Assembly (NCBI GenBank): GCA_965250215.1 | Contig: CBDFNN010000004.1 | Span: forward strand, 1,266,734-1,330,733 | Length of the DNA: 64,000 bases | Source of the DNA: Rhodothermales bacterium | Lineage (GTDB): Bacteria > Bacteroidota > Rhodothermia > Rhodothermales > DATKEJ01 | Direction of reading: 5' to 3' | Shown: piece by piece, positions 7,809-17,272 of the stretch | Layout of the letters: every line of letters starts with the position of its first letter | Position numbering within the stretch: the stretch's first letter is position 1 | Program-made: the position numbers and the translations under genes | The notes under the pieces: model-generated | Database searches by the model: none | The model's input: the letters and a program-made list of their open reading frames with translations, nothing else | Told to the model about the DNA's origin: nothing

Positions 7809-9887
7809 TTGATCGATCTATTCGAAATAGAAGACCCTTTTCTTAAAACCCTTATCTCTCACATTGAGGAGGATATGGAGGATGAGAATTTCGGTGTTGC
7901 TGAGCTCGCGGAAAAAGCCGGGATGAGCCGATCGAACCTTCTTAGGCGAGTCCAAAAGATTTCTGGGCGCTCAGTGAGTGTATTGATTCGGGAAGTTCGA
8001 TTGCATCACGCAAAAGGCTTATTGCAAGATGGAGCTCTCAATGTCTCGGAAATATCCTACAAGGTTGGCTTCAATAGCACCTCATATTTCACTAAGTGCT
8101 ATAGAGAGCTCTACGGTTATCCGCCCGGAGAAGAGGCTAGCCGTAGCATCGAGTCCGTTAAGGAGGAGAACGCGATTCAAGTTGACGAGAAAAGGAAATC
8201 GCCCTTCATTTTTCCCGCTATAGTCTTTACGGTGCTCGGTCTATTGGTCGTCCTGATTTTCGTGTCGCGAGAAAATCGAATTCAAGACGCGTCTTTCGAA
8301 AAGTCTATCGCAGTCTTGCCCTTCAAGAATGACAGCAATGATTCTGAGAACACCTATTTCGTCAATGGCCTGATGGAAGCGGTATTGAATAATCTTCAGA
8401 AAATTGAAAACCTGAGGGTCGTTAGCAGAACGTCGAGCGAAAAATATCGGGATGCGAAACTTTCCAGTGCAGAAATATCAGAGGAGTTGGGAGTCAAATA
8501 TTTCGTTGAAGGCAGTGGACAGAAATTGGGCGATGAGATCATCCTCACAATTCAGTTGATCGAGGCTTCCAGCGACAAGCATTTGTGGTCTCATAGATAT
8601 GCTAGACAAGCCACAGACATTTTTTCTCTTCAGGCTGAGGTTGCTCAGGACATTGCAAAGGAGATAGAGGTCATTGTAACGCCAGAGGAAAGGGGTCGCA
8701 TCGAGAAAATACCAACGGCTAACTTGACAGCATATGATTACTATCTGCGGGGCATGGATCTCACAAAAAAGAAAAGCTTCGAGTCTCTTGAGAGAGCTAT
8801 CGAGTATTTTGAAAAGGCTCTAGCTGAAGATGAGGATTTTCCGCACGCCTACGCCGCGACGGCTATTTGTAATTATTACTTGGATTATTTTCTAGCGAAG
8901 AAGACACGTGGGCCGGAGATAAAGACCCTCGCTGATAAGGCTCTTTCTTTGGACCCTGAGCTACCCGAAAGTCTTATCGCAAAAGGTCTGTTCTACCTTC
9001 ATGACGGTGAATATGAATTGGCTGCGAGTTACATGGAAAGGGTTTTGCTTTACAATCCGAACTCTGCCGTCGCCTACAATTTCTTGTCGGATATATACAA
9101 TGCCTATCTGCCAGATACTAAGAAGTACCTAAGATATGCTCTAAAAAGTATCAGGCTAGACCAGGCCGGTGTAGACTCGTCTACAACAAGTTTATCGTAT
9201 TTGCATTTGGCCAATGCACTCGCCCAAACTGGTTTTATTGAAGAGGCCGATCAAAACATTCGGATATCCAGAGCTTACGATCCTAGCAATATATTTTCCG
9301 AATATGTGCATGCCTACATCAAGCTGGGACAAGATGGGAATTTTGAAAGGACCAGAGATCTACTCATAGAAACCTTGGCAAAAGACACCACCCGGCTGGA
9401 TGTCGTTCAGGAGCTTGCCAAGATCTATTACCACATGGAAGATTACGATACGGCCTATGCTTACTACGACAAATTTGTGGAGGCCAGAGAATCCTTCGGT
9501 ATGAATATCTTCGTCGCTGAGGATGTCAAAATTGGTTTTGTAATGAGCAAGGTCGGGCAGGAAGCCAGGGCTGAAAAGTATTTCGGAAGCTATCTGGAGT
9601 ATGCGGAAAAGGATGAGTCGATTTATAGGGATCTCAGTTTTGCTGCCTATTACGCCACGCAAGGAGAGGTGGACAAAGGATTCGAACATTTGAAGCTGTT
9701 TTCCAAACAAAGCGGAGTACAGTTCTGGTTCATCCTATTCATGGAGAATGATCCGATTGTCAGCCTACTGTCAGGTCATCCGGAGTATCAGGAAATCCTT
9801 GACGAGATAGCGGCGTCATTTTGGGCAGAGCACCGGGAGATGAGGAAGCAGTTGGAGGAAGAAGGACTGATAGGAGGTAGAGAATAG
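7809..9887 (+). CDS. Membrane-spanning one-component regulator: AraC-type HTH, one TM helix, then a periplasmic TolB-N-like/TPR domain
   Basis: 692 aa. The HTH region FGVAELAEKAGMSRSNLLRRVQK...VGFNSTSYFTKCYRELYGYPPGE is followed by the TM helix FIFPAIVFTVLGLLVVLIFV. Next comes KSIAVLPFKNDSNDSENTYFVNGLMEAVLNNL and TPR-like helical repeats. Confidence 0.8.
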   Translation: MIDLFEIEDPFLKTLISHIEEDMEDENFGVAELAEKAGMSRSNLLRRVQKISGRSVSVLIREVRLHHAKGLLQDGALNVSEISYKVGFNSTSYFTKCYRELYGYPPGEEASRSIESVKEENAIQVDEKRKSPFIFPAIVFTVLGLLVVLIFVSRENRIQDASFEKSIAVLPFKNDSNDSENTYFVNGLMEAVLNNLQKIENLRVVSRTSSEKYRDAKLSSAEISEELGVKYFVEGSGQKLGDEIILTIQLIEASSDKHLWSHRYARQATDIFSLQAEVAQDIAKEIEVIVTPEERGRIEKIPTANLTAYDYYLRGMDLTKKKSFESLERAIEYFEKALAEDEDFPHAYAATAICNYYLDYFLAKKTRGPEIKTLADKALSLDPELPESLIAKGLFYLHDGEYELAASYMERVLLYNPNSAVAYNFLSDIYNAYLPDTKKYLRYALKSIRLDQAGVDSSTTSLSYLHLANALAQTGFIEEADQNIRISRAYDPSNIFSEYVHAYIKLGQDGNFERTRDLLIETLAKDTTRLDVVQELAKIYYHMEDYDTAYAYYDKFVEARESFGMNIFVAEDVKIGFVMSKVGQEARAEKYFGSYLEYAEKDESIYRDLSFAAYYATQGEVDKGFEHLKLFSKQSGVQFWFILFMENDPIVSLLSGHPEYQEILDEIAASFWAEHREMRKQLEEEGLIGGRE

Positions 9888-9960
9888 ATAGAGATCAGCT
9901 AGAGAAGGATGTAGAGGGAATCCTTACTAACAAGGTTATTTTAAGTGATACTATGTCAAG

Positions 9961-10287
9961 GTGTGCTCCCTGAGACTTCACTTTAGTAATTACAATAAAA
10001 TGAAGTGCTCGAGATTTCACCTCAGGCATATCCTAACCTTAACTCTTAAGTTTGACAATAAATCTCTGGATGCTGATCCCCACATGGGCTATTCCGTCAT
10101 GCTCCAAGACGGCGTAATCGGAGAAGGCATGAATGATTACGACCGCATTTTTAGTATTCTGAAGCAGGCAGGATTTTCCTGTTGGATCTCCATCGACGAT
10201 GGCATCGATCCCGAAACTGGCTTTCAAAACCTAGCCGACTCAGCGACATATCAAAGGCGAAAAATGCAGGTACATGGACTCCCATAA
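9961..10287 (+). pseudogene. C-terminal remnant of a xylose-isomerase-like TIM-barrel (sugar phosphate isomerase/epimerase) gene
   Basis: Only about 75 aa resemble the family C-terminus (GVIGEGMNDYDRIFSILKQAGFSCWISIDDGIDPE). About 190 nt lie between it and the upstream gene, too little for the missing ~200 N-terminal residues. It overlaps the Nramp-like start by 14 nt. Confidence 0.45.
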
Positions 10288-12052
10288 AACGCCGCCCAAA
10301 AAAATTGGAGGAATTCTAAGGCAGCTTGGTCCAGGTTTGATCATCGCAGGCTCAGTCGTTGGATCGGGCGAATTGATAGCCACCACAAAGACGGGGGCCG
10401 AGGCTGGATTCTGGCTGTTGTGGTTGATCTTGATCGGTTGCGTTATTAAGGTCTTCGTCCAGGTTGAGATGGGACGATATTCCGTGGTCACTGGCAAGAC
10501 CACGATGGAGGGCTTATCCGAAGTTCCTGGACCTCGAATAGCAGGTCGCGGAAACTGGCTGGTCTGGTTCTATGCCCTTGTGTTCGTGGCGACAATCGGG
10601 CAAGTCGGCGGCATTGTCGGAAGCGTTGGTCAGGCCTTGCAGATCTTTGTGCCGATTACCGAAAGCGGCCGAACGTTCAACCGGCAGGTCGATGTTGAAA
10701 CAGCCTACACGGTTGCCCATGGCGAATTGCAATTGGCGCAAAAGCGATCCGATGAAGGCCACGCTGCTGGCTCTGCTCGGGTTAAGGAATTGCAGGAGGA
10801 AATTGCTCGTCTGGAGCCCTTATTTGTTGAAGACCGGCTTGCAGTGGCGACGCAAGAAATGGAATCCTTGAGCACCGTCGGTGGGGAAGACTCGCAGTCG
10901 GAAGAAAGATTGAAGGATCTGGATGCGGCACTTGCCGTGGTGCAAAAACGATTGGCGGAAGAGATGCAGCCCGGAGAGCTGTTCGCCGCCACAGGTGAAG
11001 ATTTGGCCTCCGAAGATAGGACGCAAGCTGAGATTCACGAATTGGGACAGGTCATCAAAAGCCTCGGACGTCGCTCAAGCCGCGACGACGTAATATGGGC
11101 GGTGTTTATCGCAATAATAACAGCCATCGTGTTGGTTGTTGGTCGTTACAACTTAATTCAAACCTTCTCAGTTGGTCTGGTAGCCTCGTTCACACTCATC
11201 ACGATCGTGAACCTGGTGATGTTGCAAAGCAATGTCTACTGGGCAGTGACGAGCACGGATATAATCAATGGTTTGAGCTTTCGACTAGGGCCGATTACTT
11301 CCACTGCGACGAGCGCGTCTGGAGTGGCGACAGCGCTAGCGACCTTTGGACTCATTGGCGTCGGGGCTAATGAATTGATTGCCTATCCCTACTGGTGTCT
11401 AGAAAAAGGCTACGCCAGATTCACAGGCCCGAGAGACGAGACGCAGGAGTGGGCGGATCGAGCAAGCGGCTGGATGCGAGTGATGCGTTGGGATGCTTGG
11501 GGTTCGATGGTAATCTATACCTTTGCAACGCTTGCCTTCTACTTGTTGGGCGCTGCGATACTCGGGAGGACGGGGCTCAATCCGGCAGGTGGCGACATGA
11601 TCCGTACGCTTGGCGTTATGTATGAGCCGGTGTTTGGTTCGATAGCACGATGGGTGTTTTTATTCGGCGCTGTCGCCGTGCTCTACTCGACATTTTTTAT
11701 CGCCACGGCCAGTTTTGCACGAGTGGTCCCTGACTGTATGCGAGTGATAGGTTTCGGTCCAAAGAACGAGGCCTCCTACGAACGTTGGGTTCGAGGAGTC
11801 AGCGTGATTTTTCCCTTTACCTGCGTTTTGGCTTACAGCATTCTGCATTCGCCAGCCTTGATGGTATTGATTGGTGGTGTGATGCAGGGTCTGATGTTGC
11901 CTCTGCTTGCTGGCGCGGCGCTTTACTTTCGTTACCGTTGCAGTGATGCTCGCATCACTCCTAAGATTGTGTGGGATATTTTTCTCTGGCTGTCTGCGGC
12001 CGGTATGTTAATCACAGGTGTCTGGACTGTCTGGAACAGGTTACTAGCTTAG
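10274..12052 (+). CDS. Nramp-family-like transporter with a ~145-aa soluble coiled-coil insertion
   Basis: 592 aa. N-terminal GPGLIIAGSVVGSGELIATTKTGAEAGFWLLW and VQVEMGRYSVVTGKT are Nramp-type. Residues ~129-272 are charged and helical (ELQEEIARLEP, ERLKDLDAALAVVQKRLAEE), and hydrophobic segments resume afterwards. Confidence 0.75.
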   Translation: MDSHKTPPKKIGGILRQLGPGLIIAGSVVGSGELIATTKTGAEAGFWLLWLILIGCVIKVFVQVEMGRYSVVTGKTTMEGLSEVPGPRIAGRGNWLVWFYALVFVATIGQVGGIVGSVGQALQIFVPITESGRTFNRQVDVETAYTVAHGELQLAQKRSDEGHAAGSARVKELQEEIARLEPLFVEDRLAVATQEMESLSTVGGEDSQSEERLKDLDAALAVVQKRLAEEMQPGELFAATGEDLASEDRTQAEIHELGQVIKSLGRRSSRDDVIWAVFIAIITAIVLVVGRYNLIQTFSVGLVASFTLITIVNLVMLQSNVYWAVTSTDIINGLSFRLGPITSTATSASGVATALATFGLIGVGANELIAYPYWCLEKGYARFTGPRDETQEWADRASGWMRVMRWDAWGSMVIYTFATLAFYLLGAAILGRTGLNPAGGDMIRTLGVMYEPVFGSIARWVFLFGAVAVLYSTFFIATASFARVVPDCMRVIGFGPKNEASYERWVRGVSVIFPFTCVLAYSILHSPALMVLIGGVMQGLMLPLLAGAALYFRYRCSDARITPKIVWDIFLWLSAAGMLITGVWTVWNRLLA

Positions 12053-12212
12053 ATTGACGCGTGGACTCAATAAATGCAAGCATAAATAGACATGGTGGTC
12101 TCGGAATTAGGTAACCTTCATTCAAGATGGAAATCTACACTTTATCCTAACCCGGTTTCTCGGCAGACGAGCCGATCAGACTATCATTTTCCAGATTATT
12201 GAGACGCATCGA

Positions 12213-12603
12213 ATGACGCTGGCTGTCCTCCTGGGGAATCAACCAATCAAGATCGTCGAATGCCAAGGGCTGACAGAAGGCGTGCTGCTTGCAGGGGAAC
12301 GGACGATCGCGCAAATCGCGCATCTTAGATCGATGGGCAATTTCCCGAACCCCTTTAGTGAATCGACAGAAGTCCAGTTTGAACTAAGCCAGCCTGGGAC
12401 GATTACGATGGAGGTATTCGATGTTCTGGGTCGGCGCATTGAGTCCCTGAGCTTGAGTTACGCTTCGGCGGGCGTTCGCTCTTACGTGGTCTCCTTCAGT
12501 AGATCTAGCTCTACCGAAGGGTGATTCGATCTTGATGTACACCTTGAAAGTCGAAGGTCGTCAGGCTGAATCCATATTGGGTAACATGTTCTATATCAAA
12601 TGA
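12213..12603 (+). pseudogene. Frameshifted remnant of a T9SS cargo gene (sorting domain only)
   Basis: Frame 0 reads GNFPNPFSESTEVQFELSQPGTITMEVFDVLGRRIE and stops at 12524. The CTD end continues in frame +1 as LMYTLKVEGRQAESILGNMFYIK* (stop 12601-12603). No cargo domain lies upstream. Confidence 0.55.
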
Positions 12604-12608
12604 TGGCA

Positions 12609-12644
12609 GAACATCAGATTGTCGGAACACGGCAAACGGAACAC
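12609..12644 (+). repeat. Composite micro-repeat: GAACATCAGATTGTC followed by GGAACAC GGCAAAC GGAACAC
   Basis: 12609-12623 is identical to 5733-5747. 12623-12644 (22 nt) is identical to 49950-49971. The repeat ends 6 nt from the stop of the minus-strand DUF1501 gene. Confidence 0.9.
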
Positions 12645-12650
12645 GTTTCT

Positions 12651-14105
12651 TTACGCCAATATCCCCTTGATCACTTCTCCATGCACGTCCGTCAATCGCA
12701 TCCGCCGACCTTGTGCCTTGAAGGTCATCCGTTCATGATCGACGCCCATCAGATGTAGTAGCGTCGCTTGGAAGTCATAAACGTGAACCGGGTTCTCAGC
12801 GATGTTGTAACCAAAGTCATCTGTCCGTCCATAGGTGAATCCGTTTTTCACTCCTGCACCGGCCATGAAAATAGTGTAGCACTTAGGATGGTGATCCCGA
12901 CCGTAGTTCGTAGCTGTCAGCTTACCTTGCGAGTAGTTTGTCCGGCCAAATTCTCCGCCCCAAATCACGAGAGTGTCCTCCAGAAGACCTCGCTGTTTCA
13001 AGTCCTTGATCAGAGCTGCAGTGGGCTGATCAGTGTCCGTTGTCAACTTTTGAATTTCACTCGGTAGATTTCCATGCTGGTCCCAGCCTTGATGATAGAG
13101 CTGTATGAATTTGACATCTTTTTCGGCTAGTCTTCTGGCGAGAAGACAGTTGGCAGCGAAAGTACCAGGCTTCTTGCTCTCTGGACCATACATTTCATAG
13201 ACGCTATCTGGTTCTTTCGATACATCCATGATTTCTGGCACCGAGGTCTGCATGCGATAAGCCATTTCATATTGAGCAATACGCGATGTGATCTCCGGAT
13301 CCATTACACGTTCATGCTGCTCCTCATGCATCTTGCGAAGTGTATCTAACATCTTTCTGCGACTCGACTTGTTCATTCCATGAGGATCGTTCAAAAATAG
13401 AACGGGGTCTAAGCCGGATCGGAACTGAACGCCCTGATGCTGAGAAGGGAGGAAGCCCGTTCCCCACAGTCTCGAGTAAAGAGGTTGATCTCCGTTGTTG
13501 CTACGCGACAACAGGACTATAAACGAAGGAAGGTTGTTGTTGTCAGTTCCAAGTCCGTAGGAAATCCACGAACCAATCGAAGGTCTGCCGGCCTCTTGTC
13601 GTCCCGTCTGGATAAAAGTCACAGCGGGGTCATGGTTAATGGCCTCCGTGTGCATGGTCTTGATGAAACAAAGGTCATCAGCAACTCCAGCGATGTTCGG
13701 CATCAATGAGCTGACGGTTGCACCGGAATTTCCATGCTTGGCGAAATCAAATGCCGATCCAGCGAGTGGAAAAGATTTCTGATGCGAAGTCATGCCGGTC
13801 AGGCGTTGTCCCTGTCGGATCGACTCAGGCAACTCTTCTCCGTTCATCTCTCGGAGAAGGGGTTTGTGATCGAATAAATCGAGTTGAGACGGGGCACCAC
13901 TTTGGAAAAGATAGATGACGCGTTTGACCCTTGGATTGAGATGTAAAGATCCAAGAGCCCCGTTGACTTTCAAGTCTGGCCCTTTCCCCAATAGGTCAAG
14001 AGGGTTCATCATTGAGGCCAAGGCCATGGTTCCGATGCCCTTGCTCGCTTGGGAGAGAAAGTAGCGTCGGCTAAAATTAAACTTAAGGTCGTCTAGCTCT
14101 TTCAT
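12651..14105 (-). CDS. DUF1501 family (sulfatase-fold) protein with a Tat signal
   Basis: 484 aa. Twin-arginine signal FSRRYFLSQASKGIGTMALA. Family signatures HDPAV, WGGEFGRT and YGRDHH. ATGA start/stop overlap with the upstream gene. Confidence 0.9.
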   Translation of the reverse strand: MKELDDLKFNFSRRYFLSQASKGIGTMALASMMNPLDLLGKGPDLKVNGALGSLHLNPRVKRVIYLFQSGAPSQLDLFDHKPLLREMNGEELPESIRQGQRLTGMTSHQKSFPLAGSAFDFAKHGNSGATVSSLMPNIAGVADDLCFIKTMHTEAINHDPAVTFIQTGRQEAGRPSIGSWISYGLGTDNNNLPSFIVLLSRSNNGDQPLYSRLWGTGFLPSQHQGVQFRSGLDPVLFLNDPHGMNKSSRRKMLDTLRKMHEEQHERVMDPEITSRIAQYEMAYRMQTSVPEIMDVSKEPDSVYEMYGPESKKPGTFAANCLLARRLAEKDVKFIQLYHQGWDQHGNLPSEIQKLTTDTDQPTAALIKDLKQRGLLEDTLVIWGGEFGRTNYSQGKLTATNYGRDHHPKCYTIFMAGAGVKNGFTYGRTDDFGYNIAENPVHVYDFQATLLHLMGVDHERMTFKAQGRRMRLTDVHGEVIKGILA

Positions 14106-17100
14106 CGTTTGTAGATGGCTTCATCAAAATTCATGATCGTGTTTGCTACTACCGTGTAGGCGGCGGTCTCCGCTGGATCAAGTCGCTTGTCTCTAGGAAA
14201 ATCGCCGATACTTAGAAGTTGAATTGCGGAGGCTTGGTCCTTTTTGTAAAGCTCGAGTTCAGATTCGTAGAGGTCGAGCAAGCCGGCCAGTTCAGAATCG
14301 TTTGGTTTTCTAGAGGTCAAAAGAAGGAAGCCAAGAGAGATTCGATCTACAACCGAGTTTCCGCCCTCTTTGAGCATTCGTTCGGCTAGAATTCTTGCTG
14401 CCTCGACAAATTGAGGATCATTCATCAAAACCAGAGCCTGTAAAGGAGTATTGGTATTCTGTCTTTTGACAACGCAGAAATTGCGCTCGGGCGCATCAAA
14501 GTTAGTCATTGTCGGAGGGGGAGTGGTCCGCTTCCAAATCGTATACATGGAACGTCGATAGAGATTGTCTCCAGAATCTTGGTTGTAGACGGTAGCATTT
14601 CGAGTAGCAAGCTCCTTCCATAGACCGGCAGGTTGATAAGGGTAGACACTTGGCCCTCCGACTTCCCTAACCATCAATCCACTCGCGGCCAAGGCGTTGT
14701 CTCTAACCATCTCAGCAGGAAGTCTGTAGGAAGATCCACGCGAGTACAAGGTGTTCGATGGATCCTTTTCCAGAGCAAGGTCACTTCCAATCGATGACTG
14801 CATATAGGTCGAGCTCATCACCATCTTTTTGATCAGCGCTTTGACATCCCATCCAGATTCTACAAAGTCTGTTGCTAGGTAATCAAGCAGAAGAGGATGG
14901 CTCGGGAAGGCACCTTGATTGCCGAAATCATCGGGAGTACTAACGAGCGCAGTGCCAAAGATGTATTGCCAAAATCGATTGACGGTGACCCTTGCGGTCA
15001 AAGGGTTCTGAGGATCAAGAATCCATTTGGCCAGACCGAGGCGGTTTCTTGGCAGGCTTTCGTCAAAAGCGAGAATAGCTTCGATGACGCCTTCACTGAC
15101 TTCTTCTGTCGGAGCATCATAGGCCCCACGGTCGAGAATGTAAGTTGGCCTTTTAAAAGATCGCTCCTGCATGATCATGACTTCCGGCTGGGCCGTCATG
15201 AAATCGTTAAGCTCACCTCGCTGTTTGGTGGCCTTTTCAAGTTGCTTCTTATATTCGGGATTTATTCGCTGGACGTAGTAACGTCTCAAGTCATCATCAG
15301 AGGATTGGTCGTCAGTTTGTCCCGACTCGCTCAAGACTTCTAAAGGTGTGAGCTCATAGTCGAATATTTTCCAGTCGTCTATTACCACGCTGTCTAAGGA
15401 GGACTCGGCAAGTTTGCCAAATTTCATGTGGGTGTAGCCGTTCCAATTGCCGCCAACTGAGTCGGTAATGATGCTCTTGTTCAGATTGTCGACTAGGATT
15501 TCGCTATCGAAATGCCGGCCATCTCTATAGATATTGAAGCCAGAAGCTTTCGACGATCCGTCATAAGTGATCGTGAGATGCTCCCACTTTCCGACTTCAA
15601 TTGGGTTTTTTGAAACTCGAATTATCGAATTGTCTGGTGCGACGTGGTTGAGACTTATCTCGATGCGACCATCTAACATCAATTTGGTCAAGATTCCTCG
15701 ATCGCCATTCATAAGACCGGCAGACTGGGCAATCATCGGACCCTCAACGGAGTCGGTCAAAACCTTGATCCAGATGCCACTGGAGAAAGGTTCATTCCTT
15801 TCGAAGTGCTTCACCTCTTTGATTGTATCTACCCAAGAATCTCCGACAAGCGTCAGTGCCGTTTCGACTTTTCCCTCAACTTGTGTTGGAAGCTGGTCCT
15901 GATCACCGGCAAGAACGGCATCTGCCACTTTTGCCGTGTTTGAGGCGAAGTAATATTTGGTTTTGTCTTTGTCTTGTTTCTCGTCCAGTCTGTCAAATGG
16001 ATAATGAGCGATAGGCATTGAGGCTACTACCTGTGACTCGTCTCTTGACGATTTCCAAGTCTGAAATCCTGAATCATAGCTTTCATGTTTATAGTCGAGG
16101 ACTTCCTCTAACTCAGCAATCTCGTCTTCCAGTGAGTTTCGCCGTTCCTTGTCCTCGTCATCTAACATGATGAGAGTTGGCGCTGCCTCACCGGAGTAGG
16201 GGATTTGTCCTCGCTCATTGTTGTTGTTGAAGAAGCTAAACATCTGGAAGTACTCCTTCTGAGAGATCGGATCGAATTTGTGATCATGGCAGCGTGCGCA
16301 CCTGGCGCTCATCCCCAGATAGGCTCGAGTGACAACATCGGTTCGGTCCGCGACGTATTCCGTACGGTACTCCTCCTCGATGACACCTCCTTCCTGAGTC
16401 TGAAGATGATTTCGATTGAAGGCGGTCGCTAGCAATTGCTCGTCGGTCGGATTCTCAAGAAGGTCTCCGGCGAGTTGCCAAGTCGTGAACTGATCGAATG
16501 GCATGTTTTGATTGAAGGCTTTGATGACCCAATCTCTGTAGGGCCACATGTTGCGCATACCGTCGTCTTGATAGCCATGGGAGTCGGCGTAGCGAGCAAC
16601 ATCCAGCCACTCTGTTGCCATTCTCTCTCCAAAGTGGACCGTGGCAAGAAGATTGTCGACAAGATTTTCGTAGGCGTCCTGAGAATTGTCATTTAAAAAG
16701 CTCTCGATGTCTTCCTTTGTAGGTGGCAATCCTGTCAAGTCGAAGCTTGCTCTTCGGAGCAGGGTTTCTTTAGTCGCGCGATCAGCAGGAGTCAAGCCAG
16801 TCTTTTCGATCTTCGCAAGAATGAATTGATCGATGTCAGTTATGGGCCAATCTTCTTGTTGGACAGTTGGAAGTTCAGGCATCGAGGCAGGAATGAAAGA
16901 CCAGTGTTTTTGAAAAGGGGCTCCCTGGTCGATCCATTTTATTATCAGGGCTTTCTCTTCGTCGGTCACTGTCACGTTGGACTCGGGTGGTGGCATGTGA
17001 AATTGCGGATCCGTCGATACAAGTCTTCGGATGATATCTTTCGACCCTATAACTTCTCGAGCTCCTTCCTCGATGTCTAGACGCAGGTCGGCCTTTCTTG

Positions 17101-17272
17101 TGCTGATATCCGGGCCATGGCATAAGTAGCAACGATCAGAAAGGATGGGCTTGATGTCTCGATTGTAATCGACATCCTCCGTTAGAGACGCAAGCTGGAC
17201 CTCAACAGATTCGGGAATCGATGGTGAGCAGGCAAAGAGTAGTAGCAGGACAGCAGGCGTGAATCGTCTCAT
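14102..17272 (-). CDS. Planctomycete-type cytochrome-c / DUF1549 / LamG-like / DUF1553 multidomain protein
   Basis: Heme motif CYLCHGPD. DUF1549 region LTGLPPTKEDIESFLND...WLDVARYADSHGYQDD. A concanavalin/LamG-like middle region. DUF1553 region RVTVNRFWQYIFG...DDFGNQG. I prefer ATG 17272 (MRRFTPAVLLLLFACSP signal) over the track start at 17407. Confidence 0.9.
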   Translation of the reverse strand: MRRFTPAVLLLLFACSPSIPESVEVQLASLTEDVDYNRDIKPILSDRCYLCHGPDISTRKADLRLDIEEGAREVIGSKDIIRRLVSTDPQFHMPPPESNVTVTDEEKALIIKWIDQGAPFQKHWSFIPASMPELPTVQQEDWPITDIDQFILAKIEKTGLTPADRATKETLLRRASFDLTGLPPTKEDIESFLNDNSQDAYENLVDNLLATVHFGERMATEWLDVARYADSHGYQDDGMRNMWPYRDWVIKAFNQNMPFDQFTTWQLAGDLLENPTDEQLLATAFNRNHLQTQEGGVIEEEYRTEYVADRTDVVTRAYLGMSARCARCHDHKFDPISQKEYFQMFSFFNNNNERGQIPYSGEAAPTLIMLDDEDKERRNSLEDEIAELEEVLDYKHESYDSGFQTWKSSRDESQVVASMPIAHYPFDRLDEKQDKDKTKYYFASNTAKVADAVLAGDQDQLPTQVEGKVETALTLVGDSWVDTIKEVKHFERNEPFSSGIWIKVLTDSVEGPMIAQSAGLMNGDRGILTKLMLDGRIEISLNHVAPDNSIIRVSKNPIEVGKWEHLTITYDGSSKASGFNIYRDGRHFDSEILVDNLNKSIITDSVGGNWNGYTHMKFGKLAESSLDSVVIDDWKIFDYELTPLEVLSESGQTDDQSSDDDLRRYYVQRINPEYKKQLEKATKQRGELNDFMTAQPEVMIMQERSFKRPTYILDRGAYDAPTEEVSEGVIEAILAFDESLPRNRLGLAKWILDPQNPLTARVTVNRFWQYIFGTALVSTPDDFGNQGAFPSHPLLLDYLATDFVESGWDVKALIKKMVMSSTYMQSSIGSDLALEKDPSNTLYSRGSSYRLPAEMVRDNALAASGLMVREVGGPSVYPYQPAGLWKELATRNATVYNQDSGDNLYRRSMYTIWKRTTPPPTMTNFDAPERNFCVVKRQNTNTPLQALVLMNDPQFVEAARILAERMLKEGGNSVVDRISLGFLLLTSRKPNDSELAGLLDLYESELELYKKDQASAIQLLSIGDFPRDKRLDPAETAAYTVVANTIMNFDEAIYKR

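Noticed and set aside
10514-11848. Many overlapping 60-100-aa ORFs on both strands inside the Nramp-like gene (for example 10514..10762, 10705..10992, 11095..11370)
   Set aside because: These are shadow ORFs, typical of a GC-rich coding region. The long frame has clear Nramp-type motifs and the others do not.
10274-12052. Calling the GC-rich Nramp-like gene a horizontally acquired island
   Set aside because: Two hand-counted lines in the second Nramp-like gene (29708..31108) also give about 55% GC. Part of the skew may therefore reflect the Ala/Gly/Leu-rich membrane-protein composition. No integrase, tRNA or direct repeats flank it. I kept it only as a caveat in the insertion finding.
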